DNA from: Candidatus Diapherotrites archaeon CG10_big_fil_rev_8_21_14_0_10_31_34
GTDB lineage: Archaea > Iainarchaeota > Iainarchaeia > Iainarchaeales > 1-14-0-10-31-34
Direction: 5' to 3'
DNA length: 47,021 nucleotides
Assembly: GCA_002763225.1 (NCBI GenBank)
Contig: PFAI01000028.1
Span: 1-47,021 of the forward strand
Translations under genes and position numbers: made by a program
Notes under the pieces: model-generated
Seen by the model: only the letters and a program-made list of their open reading frames with translations
Database searches by the model: none
Told to the model about the DNA's origin: nothing
Shown: positions 33,796 to 44,347 of the stretch, piece by piece
Numbering within the stretch: the first letter of the stretch is position 1
Layout of the letters: every line of letters starts with the position of its first letter

Positions 33796-34518
33796 TCACC
33801 TTTTCTTTCTTCCTGTTCTTGATGAAGCTATTGCTCCGATTTTTCTTCCTGGAGGGGCGTGTCTTGAAGTGCTTTTACTTTTTCCTGGATGGTGTTGTCC
33901 TCCACCAAATGGATGTGAGTCAGCATTCATTGCAACTCCTCTTACTGTTGGGTATTTTTTTCTTTTTGATTTCATTAAATGGAATGCTTTTCCTGCTTTG
34001 ACAAACGGTTTTTCTTTTCTTCCGCCTCCTGCTACACAGCCTATTGTTGCTCTGCAGTCAGGCAAAAATGGAACTTTTTTTCCTGAAGATAATTTAATAT
34101 AAATATTTTTTGAGTCTTTTGACATGATTATTGCATATGATCCTGCACTTCTGATTAATTTTCCTCCGTCTCCTGGAGTTAATTCAATGTTAAATATTGG
34201 ACATCCTTCTGGTAGGTCTTTTAAGGGCAAGGCATTTCCTAATCCTATTTCTGCGTTTTTTCCGTATTCAATTCTTTGTCCTGTTATTGCTCCTTCTGCT
34301 GCATAAACTGTTGAAACATCTGCATTTTCAAATAAAATTTCTGCTAAAACGCCTGTTTTTCCTTTGTCAGTCATTATTCTTGTTATTTCTCCGGTTAATT
34401 TGTCTTTTTTTTGTTCTTCTTTGTAAGAAATATATTCTATTTTGTGTCTTGCTCTATGGGTTGCTCTATGTCTTGGAGAACCTTTTCCTGATCTTTGAGT
34501 TTTAATTCTTCTTCCCAT
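33796..34518 (-). CDS. rpl2: 50S ribosomal protein L2
   Basis: PGDGGKLIRSAG, AGGGR, VRGVAMN..HPFGGG, APPGRKIG. Confidence 0.98.
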   Translation of the reverse strand: MGRRIKTQRSGKGSPRHRATHRARHKIEYISYKEEQKKDKLTGEITRIMTDKGKTGVLAEILFENADVSTVYAAEGAITGQRIEYGKNAEIGLGNALPLKDLPEGCPIFNIELTPGDGGKLIRSAGSYAIIMSKDSKNIYIKLSSGKKVPFLPDCRATIGCVAGGGRKEKPFVKAGKAFHLMKSKRKKYPTVRGVAMNADSHPFGGGQHHPGKSKSTSRHAPPGRKIGAIASSRTGRKKR

Positions 34519-34785
34519 TTACAATACACCTAATTTAATTGCTATGTCTCCTGCCTTGAATTCCTTGTTTATTTTTACTATTGCTTTTTTTCTCCCTTTT
34601 CTGTCTCTGATTACTCTTACACTGTCAACTTTTACTTTATATAATTTTTCAATGTTTTCTTTTACTTGTTTTTTGTTTGTTTTGTCGTTTACAATAAAAC
34701 AAATTTTGTTTTCTGCTTCAATCATGTTTACTGCTTTCTCTGAAATTAATGGATGAATAACAATTTCATAATCTTTTAAACTCAT
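34519..34785 (-). CDS. rpl23: 50S ribosomal protein L23
   Basis: PLISEKA...ENK, KKAIVK, IAIKLG. Confidence 0.96.
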   Translation of the reverse strand: MSLKDYEIVIHPLISEKAVNMIEAENKICFIVNDKTNKKQVKENIEKLYKVKVDSVRVIRDRKGRKKAIVKINKEFKAGDIAIKLGVL

Positions 34786-35585
34786 TTTTTATCACTCAAA
34801 TATTTTATTGCGTTTTCAGTCCATAAAGTGAGTCTTCCTGGTTGTGCTCCAGGAGCAAGCAACTTTGCATTTAAATTTCTTGCATTTGAAACATCTACTC
34901 CTTCCAAATTTCTTGAGCTTTTTGCTATATTGCTTTTTTCTCCTGTTACAATCAAAATGCTTTTAGCTCTCTTGTATTTTCTTCCTCTTCTTTTTCCTTT
35001 TCCTGCTCTTGTTATTTTTCTTTTTTTTGCTCTTTCAATATCCTGCCATAAATTCAATTTCTTCAAAATTTCACTTACTTCTTTTGTTTTGGTTTTTTTT
35101 TCAAATTCATTTTCTATTATTATTGGAAACTCTAAATTTTCAATTTTGTGCCCTCTTTTTTTTACTATTTCTATTTTTGTTGTTGCAGCTATGGCTGAAT
35201 TTAATGCCTGTTTTTTTTCTTTTTTGTTTATTTTTTCTTTTATTTTTTTGTCTGCCATTGGAGGGAAAGCTTTTGGTCCTTTTACTGCTCCGGAAATTCC
35301 TGCAACTTTTCCGCTTAGTAAATGCCTGTTGTTTTTTGTTCTTGGTCTTCTTGCTCTTCCTGTGTTAATACTTCTGTTTGCGGTAGATGGTTCTCTTATT
35401 CCGACATATATTGCAGTTGTTTTTCTTCCTGCCCAGATGTCTCCGCCTTTTGGCTGTAATGCATTTGATTCAATTGACAGGACTGCTCGTTTAATTAATC
35501 CTGGATCATATTCTGTTTCAAATACTTCAGGCAGTTCAATTTCTTTGATTTTTTTTCCTTCAACTGAATAAACGTTTGCTTTCAT
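34782..35585 (-). CDS. rpl4: 50S ribosomal protein L4
   Basis: GRARRPR, INKKEK, RAGKGKRRGRKY, LLAPGAQPGRLTLWT. Confidence 0.97.
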   Translation of the reverse strand: MKANVYSVEGKKIKEIELPEVFETEYDPGLIKRAVLSIESNALQPKGGDIWAGRKTTAIYVGIREPSTANRSINTGRARRPRTKNNRHLLSGKVAGISGAVKGPKAFPPMADKKIKEKINKKEKKQALNSAIAATTKIEIVKKRGHKIENLEFPIIIENEFEKKTKTKEVSEILKKLNLWQDIERAKKRKITRAGKGKRRGRKYKRAKSILIVTGEKSNIAKSSRNLEGVDVSNARNLNAKLLAPGAQPGRLTLWTENAIKYLSDKK

Positions 35586-35591
35586 TTAAAA

Positions 35592-36554
35592 TCACTTTAA
35601 AATGTTTACTTCCACTATTTTCATTTTGTTTTCATCTGCTTTTCTTATTGGTTCTCTTAATGCAATGCATCTTTTTGTTGTTCCTGGAATGCTTCCTGCA
35701 ACTAAAACAATATCGTTTTTTATGTTGCCGTATTTTTTTAATTCACTTATTTCTTTTCCGTTTCCGATAATCAAAATTTTTTTATTGTATTCTGTTCTGG
35801 TGTGATAACCCATTTGTCCTGGTCTTGCTACAGTAAACATTACTGTTGCCGGAGTCCAAGGAGAAATTGATCCTACTACTCTTCTTTTTTTTGCTTTTGG
35901 TCTTCCCATTTTTACTCCAAATCTTTTTATTACTCCCTGCATTCCTTTTCCTGTTGTTACTGCTTTTACATCAATAAACTGCAGTTCTTTAAATACTTCA
36001 TTTACTTTTAGTTCCTTCCCAAACTTTTCTTTTGCAAACTCAAATTGTTTTTCTTTTTCTCCAGAAAGCCTTATTTCGCTTACATCAGGTTTTTTTTTTC
36101 CAAAACCTGTTTCAAATGGTTTTGTGTGAACTAATAAACTTACATAAACAGTTTTATCTAATTTTTTTTCTAAGTCTTCTATTGAATGCTTTTTTTTCTT
36201 TTTTGTAATGCTTTTGATTTTTCTTTCTAAATGTTTTTCAGTTTTGTCTGTTATTACTTCGCCTAAAACTGTAAACCCATAATTAGTTTTTCCATAAACT
36301 CTTATTCCAAAAATTTGTATTGGAGGGCATTCAATTATTGTAGCTGAATGAACTTCTTCCTGGCCAAAGTTTTTTGATTTTTTTTGGTCGTTTTTTACTG
36401 TAACTGAAATCATTCCTGCTTTATAACCTAAAAAGTTTAATGGCTTGGTTTCTTCTATTGATGGAAAAGTCTGGAAAGTAGGTGTTTCTTTTTTAGCCCT
36501 TTTTCTAGGGTAATACGCCATTGAACCAGAACGTGGTTTGTTTAGTTTTCCCAT
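35592..36554 (-). CDS. rpl3: 50S ribosomal protein L3
   Basis: PRSGSMAYYPRKRA, GYKAGM, GKGMQGVIKRFG, GQMGYHTRTEYNK. Confidence 0.98.
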   Translation of the reverse strand: MGKLNKPRSGSMAYYPRKRAKKETPTFQTFPSIEETKPLNFLGYKAGMISVTVKNDQKKSKNFGQEEVHSATIIECPPIQIFGIRVYGKTNYGFTVLGEVITDKTEKHLERKIKSITKKKKKHSIEDLEKKLDKTVYVSLLVHTKPFETGFGKKKPDVSEIRLSGEKEKQFEFAKEKFGKELKVNEVFKELQFIDVKAVTTGKGMQGVIKRFGVKMGRPKAKKRRVVGSISPWTPATVMFTVARPGQMGYHTRTEYNKKILIIGNGKEISELKKYGNIKNDIVLVAGSIPGTTKRCIALREPIRKADENKMKIVEVNILK

Positions 36555-36712
36555 TTTATCACTTTCACTTCAACCATTCAAGGATGGTGAAGTTTAAAGC
36601 CAAAATTTCTGCTTTAAAGAAAAGCATTTTTTTAGCATTTATGCTCTTTTCAGAGCACAGTCTACTATTACAAGTAGTGTACTATTTTATCTGGTAAAAG
36701 CTATTTAAAGCT
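36555..36712 (-). promoter_or_regulatory. Promoter (BRE/TATA GAAAGCTTTAAATA at about 36702-36715) and structured ~125-nt leader of the rpl3 operon
   Basis: Four short inverted repeats between the TATA box and the rpl3 start. Confidence 0.5.
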
Positions 36713-36717
36713 TTCTG

Positions 36718-39509
36718 TTATTTTCTGACTAGTAATACAACTACTATAATAATTATGATTATCAGGCCTATTGCTGCAGGAACATTTTCTGCCAGTAAAG
36801 CAAAAGCTGTTCTTAATCCCTGTTGAGTGAATTCTGCTTTTGAATCAATTTTTTGTCCGTTATCTAATTCAAGTGAAACAGGAATTTCCTGTTCTATGTC
36901 TTTGCCGTCAGTTTTCAAATAAATTGAAAACTCTTTTTTTGTTTCTGGTTCAACTGAAATTGAAGTGTCTCCTTCTAATTCCCAGTTTTCAGGCAAATCA
37001 ATTATTAAATTTCCGTTAATTCCTTCTCCTGTTGGATTGTCTATTATTATAACTAATTCTAATTCATTTAATGCACTTGTTTTGGTTTCAGCTGAAACTT
37101 TTATTTTTGTTTTTTCTTCTGTTACAGTTAATTCAATTTCTTTTTCAATTGTTTTTCCTGCTGATTCAACCAGTAATAATGTACTATAAGTTCCTTTTTT
37201 TCCTGCTTCAACTGAAAGGCTGACTGTTCTGTCAGAGTTTCCTGGAATTACAACACTTTTTTCATTTGCATTCCAGTTTTCAGGGACATTCATTGAAATT
37301 TTAAAGTCTCTGCTTGTTCCAGAATTATTTTTTATTGTAAAAGAAATTTTGTCGTTTAATCCGATTGTTTTTTCTCTTGGATAATCAACTACTTCAAAAG
37401 AAGTTATTGCTGAAGTAATTTTAGTTGTTTTAGATGAAATATTGCATCCGTTGATTGAAACATTATATACCAAAAAACTTTCTGTTCCTTCAAGCAATTC
37501 CACTTGGACTCTTTTTGTAACTGAATAATTTGCCGGAATTTCAATTGTATAAGGGCTTACACTCAAGTTTGTCCCGCTTAATCTGATTGTTCCTGTTTTG
37601 TTTGTTGGATTATCGATGTTTACTGTTATTTCTTCTTGCCCTAAAATGCTTTTAGCGCTTGGAACATCTAATTTAAAGTCAGAGCAAGAATCTGTTGTTG
37701 TTGATCCGGTTCCAACTTCAACTAAAAAGCTTTCTCTTCCAATATCAGTTGCATTACAAGTCCTTCCATTTTCGTAATGCCCTGTTACCTCAATATAAGC
37801 TGTTGCACTTCTGTCAGCATTTGCAGTAATCCTTGCTGTAATTGTTCCGGTATTGTTTGCTGAAATTGAGCTAAAAGAATTATATTCTCTTGAATCAATT
37901 CCTGAATCATTATCATAAACCCTTATTTGGTCAATGTAAAACTTGTTATTNNNNNNNNNNNNNNNNNNNNNNNNNNNNNNNNNNNNNNNNNNNNNNNNNN
38001 NNNNNNNNNAGAAAAAGAACATGTTCTTCCGTCTTCAAATTCTCCTCTGACTTCAAAATAAGAAGTAATTGTTTTATCTGAAGAAACATTTTCTGTTTCA
38101 GCAGTAAAATTAATTGTTTTATCTGAATTAGAATAAACAGTAAAATTTCTGGAATAATTACTGAAATTCAAATAAGAACTGTTTTCTTCAAAATCCACAT
38201 CCTGAACATAAAATTTTTGGTTTGAATTGTTTTCAATTACAAAAGAATTTAAATTGCTGTTATCTTCATATAAATTTAATGTTTTGGTTCTTAAAATTAA
38301 ATCTTCACAGTCTCCTAAACCAAAACTGTCTTCTATTGTTAAATCAATTATTTCTTCGCCTATTTCAGAATAAGAACAGCTGTCCCCTCCTGAATAATGG
38401 CCTGAAATTCTTATTTTAATTTCTCCTGTTTTATCTGAACTAATGCTTGTACTTGAAACTTTATAGTTGAATTCTCTGTCTGAATTTCCCGGAATAAAAC
38501 TTGGTTTATAGTCTTCTGTTGCATTAAAGTAAGAACTTGAATCAGATACATCAAATCCATCAATATAAAATCCTGTATCAGAATCATTTCTTACTCTAAA
38601 ATTAAAGTATTCTGTGTCATTTTCCTGCATTCTTTCATCTGAAGCAATGATTTCAATTTCACTGCAAGATTCATTTGAAGAATCATTGTAAACTTTAACT
38701 AAAAAGTCTTTTTCTATATCTGAATAACTACAGCTTTTCCCTGAATTAAATTCTCCTTGAATTCTTAGTGTTGCTGTCCCTGTTTTGTTTGTGCTTACAT
38801 CTGAACTTACAACCTTTAATTTTACTTGTCCAGTGCTTCCAGCTGAAATAGATGAATCATTTGTATAAGAAAAAACTCCAAAAAATTGTTCATAGTCAAT
38901 CGGAGCAACTCCTTTAATATAAAATCTTTCATCTGAATTATTTTTTATGTTAAAAGTCACATAATCTGTTTCATTTTCATTCATTGCAACAGAGTTTTCA
39001 TAAATTTCGATGTCTGAACAATATGAATCTTTTCCAGAAATCACTTCATTAATAAAAGCTGATTTCCAGTCTTCATTTGAATACTCATAAGCGCTTCTTG
39101 CATGAACAACCACTTCATAATTGTTGTATCTGTCATCAGCATAAAATGCATTATTCCATTCAACTTCTCTGTAATTTAACTGATTTATGTAATAAGTTTT
39201 TGTGGAAGTTCTTTTCAGAAACATTCCGTCTCCATAAATTTCAGCCCAAACCTGTACTTCGTCATAAGGGTCATAAACCTGTTCATAATAAGGATAATTA
39301 TCATAATCATAACTCACATAAATTTGTGCTCTGATGTCAATTCCGTCTCCGTCTTTTGCAGTAATTGAACTGCCGTAATTGTCATAATCGCTGTTTAGCT
39401 GAACTGATGCAACTTCAGGATAATAAGGATAATAAGTTTGAACAAGTGCACTGACTGAACTAAATAAAAAAACCAAAATAAGTATTAAAACCAAAAATTT
39501 TCCTTTCAT
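36718..39509 (-). CDS. Large secreted, C-terminally anchored surface protein with ~120-aa Cys-bracketed Ig-like repeats; spans an assembly gap
   Basis: Signal peptide at 39509; repeats C-S-[DE]-I...N.S...FY[IV]...G[EH][FY]..G..C; C-terminal TM followed by RK. The two track ORFs are halves either side of the Ns at 37951-38009. Confidence 0.85.
37951..38009. other. Assembly gap (59 N)
   Basis: Run of N in the sequence. Confidence 1.
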
Positions 39510-39634
39510 ATTATCCCCCGCAAAACACCACTACAAAGTGGTAAATTATATATAAGTCTGTGATTTAATGTATTTAAACATATCTTTTTACGTTTTCACT
39601 ATGTTAAGTGAATTAGCTTTTTATTATTCGTTAA

Positions 39635-42586
39635 TTATCCTTTTACTACTCCGATTGGAGTTAATCTGGCAACTTTTTTTGCTATTCCTGAAACTTCTAA
39701 TGACCTAATAACTTCATCTACATCTTTGTATGCTTCTGGCATTTCTTCTGATAAAGTTTTAATGCTTCTTGCTTTAACAAATCTTCCTGCTGATTCCATT
39801 TCTTTTTGTACTTGTTCTCCGTTTTTTGTTTTAATTGCTTTGCTTCTGCTCATTATTCTTCCTGCTCCGTGCGCTACAGAACCAAAAGTTTCTTGTAATC
39901 CTTTTTCTGTTCCAACTACAATCCATGAAGCAGTTCCCATTGAACCAGGGATTATTGCCGGATGGCCTGAATCTCTGTATATGGCTGGATTTTCTTTTCT
40001 TCCTGCAGGAAAAGCTCTTGTTGCTCCTTTTCTATGAACTAAAACTTTTTGTTTTTTTCCATTAATTTCATGTTCTTCAAATTTAGCTATATTATGCGCT
40101 ACATCATAAACTAAATCCATTTGCATTTCTTCTGCACTTCTCCCTAAAACTTTTTCAAAACTTTTTCTTGTCCAGTGAGTTATCATTTGTCTGTTTGCAA
40201 AAGCATAATTTACTGCACAAGCCATTGCTGAAAAATATTTTTTTCCTTCTTTAGAGTTAACTGGTGCACACGCCAGCTGTTTATCGCTCACTTCAATTCC
40301 ATATTTGTTCATTGCTTTTTCCATTTCACTTAAATAATCTGATGCAATCTGGTGCCCAAAACCTCTGCTCCCACAGTGAATCATTAAAGTCAAATTATCT
40401 TTTTTTAATCCAAATTTTTTTGCTGTTTTTTCATCAAAAATTTTCTGAACTTTCTGTATTTCAAGAAAATGGTTTCCCGAGCCAAGTGAACCTAATTGTG
40501 AAAGCCCTCGCTGAATTGCTTTTTCTGAAACTGCTTCAATTTTTGCTTCTTTCATTTTTCCGTTTTCTTCTGTTGTTTCTAAATCTTTTTTCCAGCCAAA
40601 ACCGTTTTCTATTGCCCATTGGCTTCCTTTCAGCATTACTTCTTCTAATTGTTTTCTGTCTGCCTTGAACTGCCCTTTAGAGCCTAATCCTGCCGGAACC
40701 TGATTAAATAATTCATTTAAAATAATTTTTTCTTTTCCTTTAATGTCTTTTTCTGTCAAATTTGTTTTAATCAAGCGCACGCCGCAGTTTGAGACAACAA
40801 AATTGTTTGCGATAAAATTGTGATTTTCATCTTCAACATTGAAATCATAAACTTCTTCTTTGAATGGGACTTCTTCTTTTGAAATTATTTTATCCCAGAC
40901 CTGCCCTGTTTTTGCTAACCCTTTTGTTCTTTCTTTCATAAAACTTTCAAAAGTAGGTGAGTTAAAAGTTATTCTTGAGGAAGTTTTTCTTCCTTCATAA
41001 ACAGATTTTTCAACAAACCTCAAATTTATGTTTTCATATTTTTCTTTTAGCAATTTAAATATTTTCTTTCCGCTTAAGCCTTTTTTATGCAGTTCTATTG
41101 CTTTTTTTTCTGCTTCATTTCTTTCGTTAATTATTCTTTGTTTTGATTTAAGGTAATGCACTGCAACATTTGCCAGAAACTGCCTTTTCTTGTTGTATTC
41201 AAAACCTATTTGACTCCAAAATTTAATCAGATTTTTTGGGGTTGCTCTTATGCTCAACCTTAACCTAATCGAAATCTCTCCTTTCTTATTTTTGAATTCT
41301 TCTCTTTCTTTTATAAAATCGCTTTTAACCCCTAATTCAGAAAGCATTTCTTTTATTTGCTTCAAGAATTTTCTTGCGTTTGCAACTTTTTCTTTTCTTT
41401 TGTTAATTGAGAGTAACGGAGAATTGAAGTTAAATGCGTGATTTGTAATCGTCGCTGGGCTGGATAATTCTGCCCCAAAAAATGAAGCTAAATACAGTCT
41501 TTTCATCCATTTAGGGGACTTTAGTAACCATTTTGGAACTTCAAATTCATTCACAGTTTTATTTCCCGAAGGAGTTCCAAGCAATAACAAGATTAAAGCT
41601 AATGATTGAGAATTAATTTTAATGCTTTTTTCTGTTCTATTAAATCTTATTGTATCGTAACTTGTCTTTATTTCGTGATTTCTGTTTCTTGAATAAACCC
41701 TTGAAGGGTTAAACCCGATTCTTTCAATATCTTTTCTTATTGCCTCTAAATCTTCTTCTTTTCCATAACAAAAAATTTGGCTTCTTCCTTTTTTCAGTAT
41801 TGTGAGTGTGCCGTCTCCAGTAATGAAAGCCATTAATTTTATTAAATAAGGCAATTTAGAGTTATTCATTTTTAGCGGAAGCAAATCTATTTCTTTTAGT
41901 TTTTTTGTCATTTGTTCAAAACCATGCCCTTTTTTGGGGTAATTCTTTCTTAAATTTTCTTCCGAAATCAAAATTTTATCCGATGGTTCTTCATATTTCA
42001 TGCCTTCAAAAGGATAAACCGAAATTTTTTCTCTATTTATTTTCTTTAATTCAATCATCCCTTTTTCTGTAAAAAAAGGATGCTCTTCTGTTGCAATTAT
42101 TGCTAATCCTGATTCAGTTTTCACTCTAAATACTTTGTTTTTTGTCTTGAATTTCATAAAAGCATTTATTTTTGTATCTTTAATTTTTTCAGTAGGATTA
42201 AAGCATTTAATCCTGTTTATGTTAAAATCATTTTCAAAATCCTTTATTTTTTTATGGTAGCCAAACTCATGCAATACTTTAGTGTTTCCTTTAATGCAGT
42301 TTATGTCAAACCCGATTCCGCCAGGGCTCACAACCCCTTTTTCCAAATCAAATGCGGCTACTCCTCCAATGCTAAAACCATAGCCTACATGGCAGTCTCC
42401 TTGGGCAATTGAATATTTTTGTATTCCTGGAAGCTCTGCTACATTTATTATTTGTTGTATTGCGTCTTTTTCTATGTCTTGCATTAATTTTTTTGTTGCA
42501 TAAATTCTTCCTGGCACAAGCATTTTTCCCTGCATTGGAATTTCATGAATTCCTTTTTGAATTTCTTTTAATTTCATTTTAAACAT
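39635..42586 (-). CDS. rtcB: tRNA-splicing ligase RtcB, intein-containing
   Basis: DCHVGYGFSIGG, GFDIN|CGVRL, GSLGSGNHFLE, HCGSRG, DVAHN, HRKGAT, PGSMG, HGAGR; start may be ATG 42577. Confidence 0.98.
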   Translation of the reverse strand: MFKMKLKEIQKGIHEIPMQGKMLVPGRIYATKKLMQDIEKDAIQQIINVAELPGIQKYSIAQGDCHVGYGFSIGGVAAFDLEKGVVSPGGIGFDINCIKGNTKVLHEFGYHKKIKDFENDFNINRIKCFNPTEKIKDTKINAFMKFKTKNKVFRVKTESGLAIIATEEHPFFTEKGMIELKKINREKISVYPFEGMKYEEPSDKILISEENLRKNYPKKGHGFEQMTKKLKEIDLLPLKMNNSKLPYLIKLMAFITGDGTLTILKKGRSQIFCYGKEEDLEAIRKDIERIGFNPSRVYSRNRNHEIKTSYDTIRFNRTEKSIKINSQSLALILLLLGTPSGNKTVNEFEVPKWLLKSPKWMKRLYLASFFGAELSSPATITNHAFNFNSPLLSINKRKEKVANARKFLKQIKEMLSELGVKSDFIKEREEFKNKKGEISIRLRLSIRATPKNLIKFWSQIGFEYNKKRQFLANVAVHYLKSKQRIINERNEAEKKAIELHKKGLSGKKIFKLLKEKYENINLRFVEKSVYEGRKTSSRITFNSPTFESFMKERTKGLAKTGQVWDKIISKEEVPFKEEVYDFNVEDENHNFIANNFVVSNCGVRLIKTNLTEKDIKGKEKIILNELFNQVPAGLGSKGQFKADRKQLEEVMLKGSQWAIENGFGWKKDLETTEENGKMKEAKIEAVSEKAIQRGLSQLGSLGSGNHFLEIQKVQKIFDEKTAKKFGLKKDNLTLMIHCGSRGFGHQIASDYLSEMEKAMNKYGIEVSDKQLACAPVNSKEGKKYFSAMACAVNYAFANRQMITHWTRKSFEKVLGRSAEEMQMDLVYDVAHNIAKFEEHEINGKKQKVLVHRKGATRAFPAGRKENPAIYRDSGHPAIIPGSMGTASWIVVGTEKGLQETFGSVAHGAGRIMSRSKAIKTKNGEQVQKEMESAGRFVKARSIKTLSEEMPEAYKDVDEVIRSLEVSGIAKKVARLTPIGVVKG
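40787..42298 (-). mobile_element. 504-aa intein with LAGLIDADG homing endonuclease in RtcB
   Basis: CIKGNTKV start, ATEEHPF block B, FITGDG and FFGAE endonuclease motifs, VYDFNV...HNFIANNFVVSN|C end. Confidence 0.96.
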
Positions 42587-43016
42587 CCACTAAAACTGTT
42601 GCAGTCCAATCTTTTTTCTTTTCTACTTTGAATTCGTGTTTTGTTATTGCTTTAACCTCTGTTTTGATTTCGTGTTTTTTTAAATCAATTTTTTCCCCGA
42701 AGCATGAAACTCTTAATTTGAATTCAATTTCTTTTTCACTTTTTTTTCCTTCAATTAATTCCTTTACTTTAAACCCTGAAAAAATTATTTCTTGTGAATC
42801 AATTTCAAACAAGACTTCTTTCAAAAACTCAAATAACAGTTCCTCAAAATTTTCTGCTTTTATTTCAATTACTGCTTTGCCTTTTTTTTCAATTGTTTTC
42901 AAGTCAATTATTGCATTGCATAAGGCTTTTCCTGAGTTCTCAATCAGCTCTTTTTTTGTTTTGCCGAAAGCACGAAACTTTACGTCTGCTGTGTGCTCTA
43001 AATATTCGTATTGCAT
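42579..43016 (-). CDS. Archease (RtcB cofactor)
   Basis: YEYLEHTADV, EVKAIT, C-terminal VDV; overlaps the rtcB start. Confidence 0.96.
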   Translation of the reverse strand: MQYEYLEHTADVKFRAFGKTKKELIENSGKALCNAIIDLKTIEKKGKAVIEIKAENFEELLFEFLKEVLFEIDSQEIIFSGFKVKELIEGKKSEKEIEFKLRVSCFGEKIDLKKHEIKTEVKAITKHEFKVEKKKDWTATVLVDV

Positions 43017-43121
43017 AATAAGAATTAGTGAATTAGTTTTATTAAATGCTTTTCCTGTTTTTTTGGTTTTCTTTTCTGAAAGGAAATAAATATCTATCGC
43101 ACATTATGAAATATTGTTATT

Positions 43122-44306
43122 ATGCAGAATTCATTTAAGTTTTTCAGCTTTACAAGAATAATTGTTTTTCTTGTTTTACTAGGGTTTCTTTTAACCATGT
43201 GCAGCAATTATAACTGTGGAATATCATTTCTCCAAATTTCTTTTCCTGCGTTTCTTCCAAGGCTTTTAGTGATTGTTTTTCTTTTTGTTTTTATTGCTTT
43301 AATTAATTCTTCAATTAAACTGTTTGCCCAGAAAAAAGAAGAAAATGAATCAGAATCAAAAGCAGTTAATATACTTAATTTTTTCAGGTATGGCCTTTGG
43401 GTTGTTTTTGTTTTGGTTACTGCAAGCATTTTATTTCAGGATTTTGGTGCATTACTGACTTCTCTTGGATTAATTGGTTTTGGAATAACTTTTTCTCTGC
43501 AAAAGCCTATACTGAATTTTGTTGGATGGTTTAACATTAAATTCAACAAGCCTTTTCGTGTCGGAGACCGAATCAAAATAGGAAACTTTGCAGGAGATAT
43601 AATTGAAATAAAAATGATGCATGTTGTGATGAAAAGTTTAATGGAAGAAATGGATCAGTACAGTGGAAAAATAATTACTATCCCAAATGAGCTGATTTTG
43701 ATTGAACCGGTTGAAAACTATACAAGAGAAGATAACTTTCTTAAAACAAAATTAAATATTTCTATTACTTATGAATCTGATTGGAGGAAAGCAAAAAGCA
43801 TTTTTGAGGAAATAGTCAGAGATGTAACAAAAAACAATATGCATAAATACAGGAAAAGGCTTGCAAAAAAGCTTTCTTTTATTGATGATACAATTGAAAA
43901 GCTTTCTGAAAGATTTGAAAAAACAACTTCAAGAGAAAGAGAAAAAAAAATAAAAGAACAAATAAGCGAACTGGAAAAACAAAAAGAAAATCTGCAGGAA
44001 ACAGTTGAGGAATTTCCTTCAGGTTTCAGGCCAAAAGTTTATGTTGATTTAAGTGATTCAGCTATAATGCTTTTAGCTTTGTTTTCTGTTCCCTATGATA
44101 CTACCAGAACAGTTAAAACTGAAATAAATATGCGTTTTCTTGAAGCAATAAAAAAAGAAAAAAGCATTGAAATAGCTTATCCTCATCTGCATTTAATTAC
44201 GGCAAAAAAATCAAGGCAAAACAACAGCAGTTTAACTGATTTTCTGGATGAAAGCGATTTCATTCAGGCAACTGAACAAAACAATTTCACTGAACACAAA
44301 AACTGA
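43122..44306 (+). CDS. mscS: MscS-family mechanosensitive channel with coiled-coil insertion (the ORF track lists '-', but it reads on +)
   Basis: The plus strand at 43122 reads ATG CAG AAT TCA (MQNS) and ends TGA at 44306; SLGLIGFGITFSLQ, PFRVGDRI, IPN, YESDW, IEIAYPH. Confidence 0.94.
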   Translation: MQNSFKFFSFTRIIVFLVLLGFLLTMCSNYNCGISFLQISFPAFLPRLLVIVFLFVFIALINSSIKLFAQKKEENESESKAVNILNFFRYGLWVVFVLVTASILFQDFGALLTSLGLIGFGITFSLQKPILNFVGWFNIKFNKPFRVGDRIKIGNFAGDIIEIKMMHVVMKSLMEEMDQYSGKIITIPNELILIEPVENYTREDNFLKTKLNISITYESDWRKAKSIFEEIVRDVTKNNMHKYRKRLAKKLSFIDDTIEKLSERFEKTTSREREKKIKEQISELEKQKENLQETVEEFPSGFRPKVYVDLSDSAIMLLALFSVPYDTTRTVKTEINMRFLEAIKKEKSIEIAYPHLHLITAKKSRQNNSSLTDFLDESDFIQATEQNNFTEHKN

Positions 44307-44347
44307 AAAAGAAAAGGAATAAATAGTACTTAATTTCTAATCAAACT

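Noticed and set aside
37923..38022. Two separate genes or a programmed frameshift in the surface protein
   Set aside because: The frame change coincides with an N gap of estimated length
39527..39542. ACCACT-ACAA-AGTGGT hairpin resembling one module of the GC-rich element
   Set aside because: Only a 6-bp stem with a different loop and no flanking modules; could be an operator or chance
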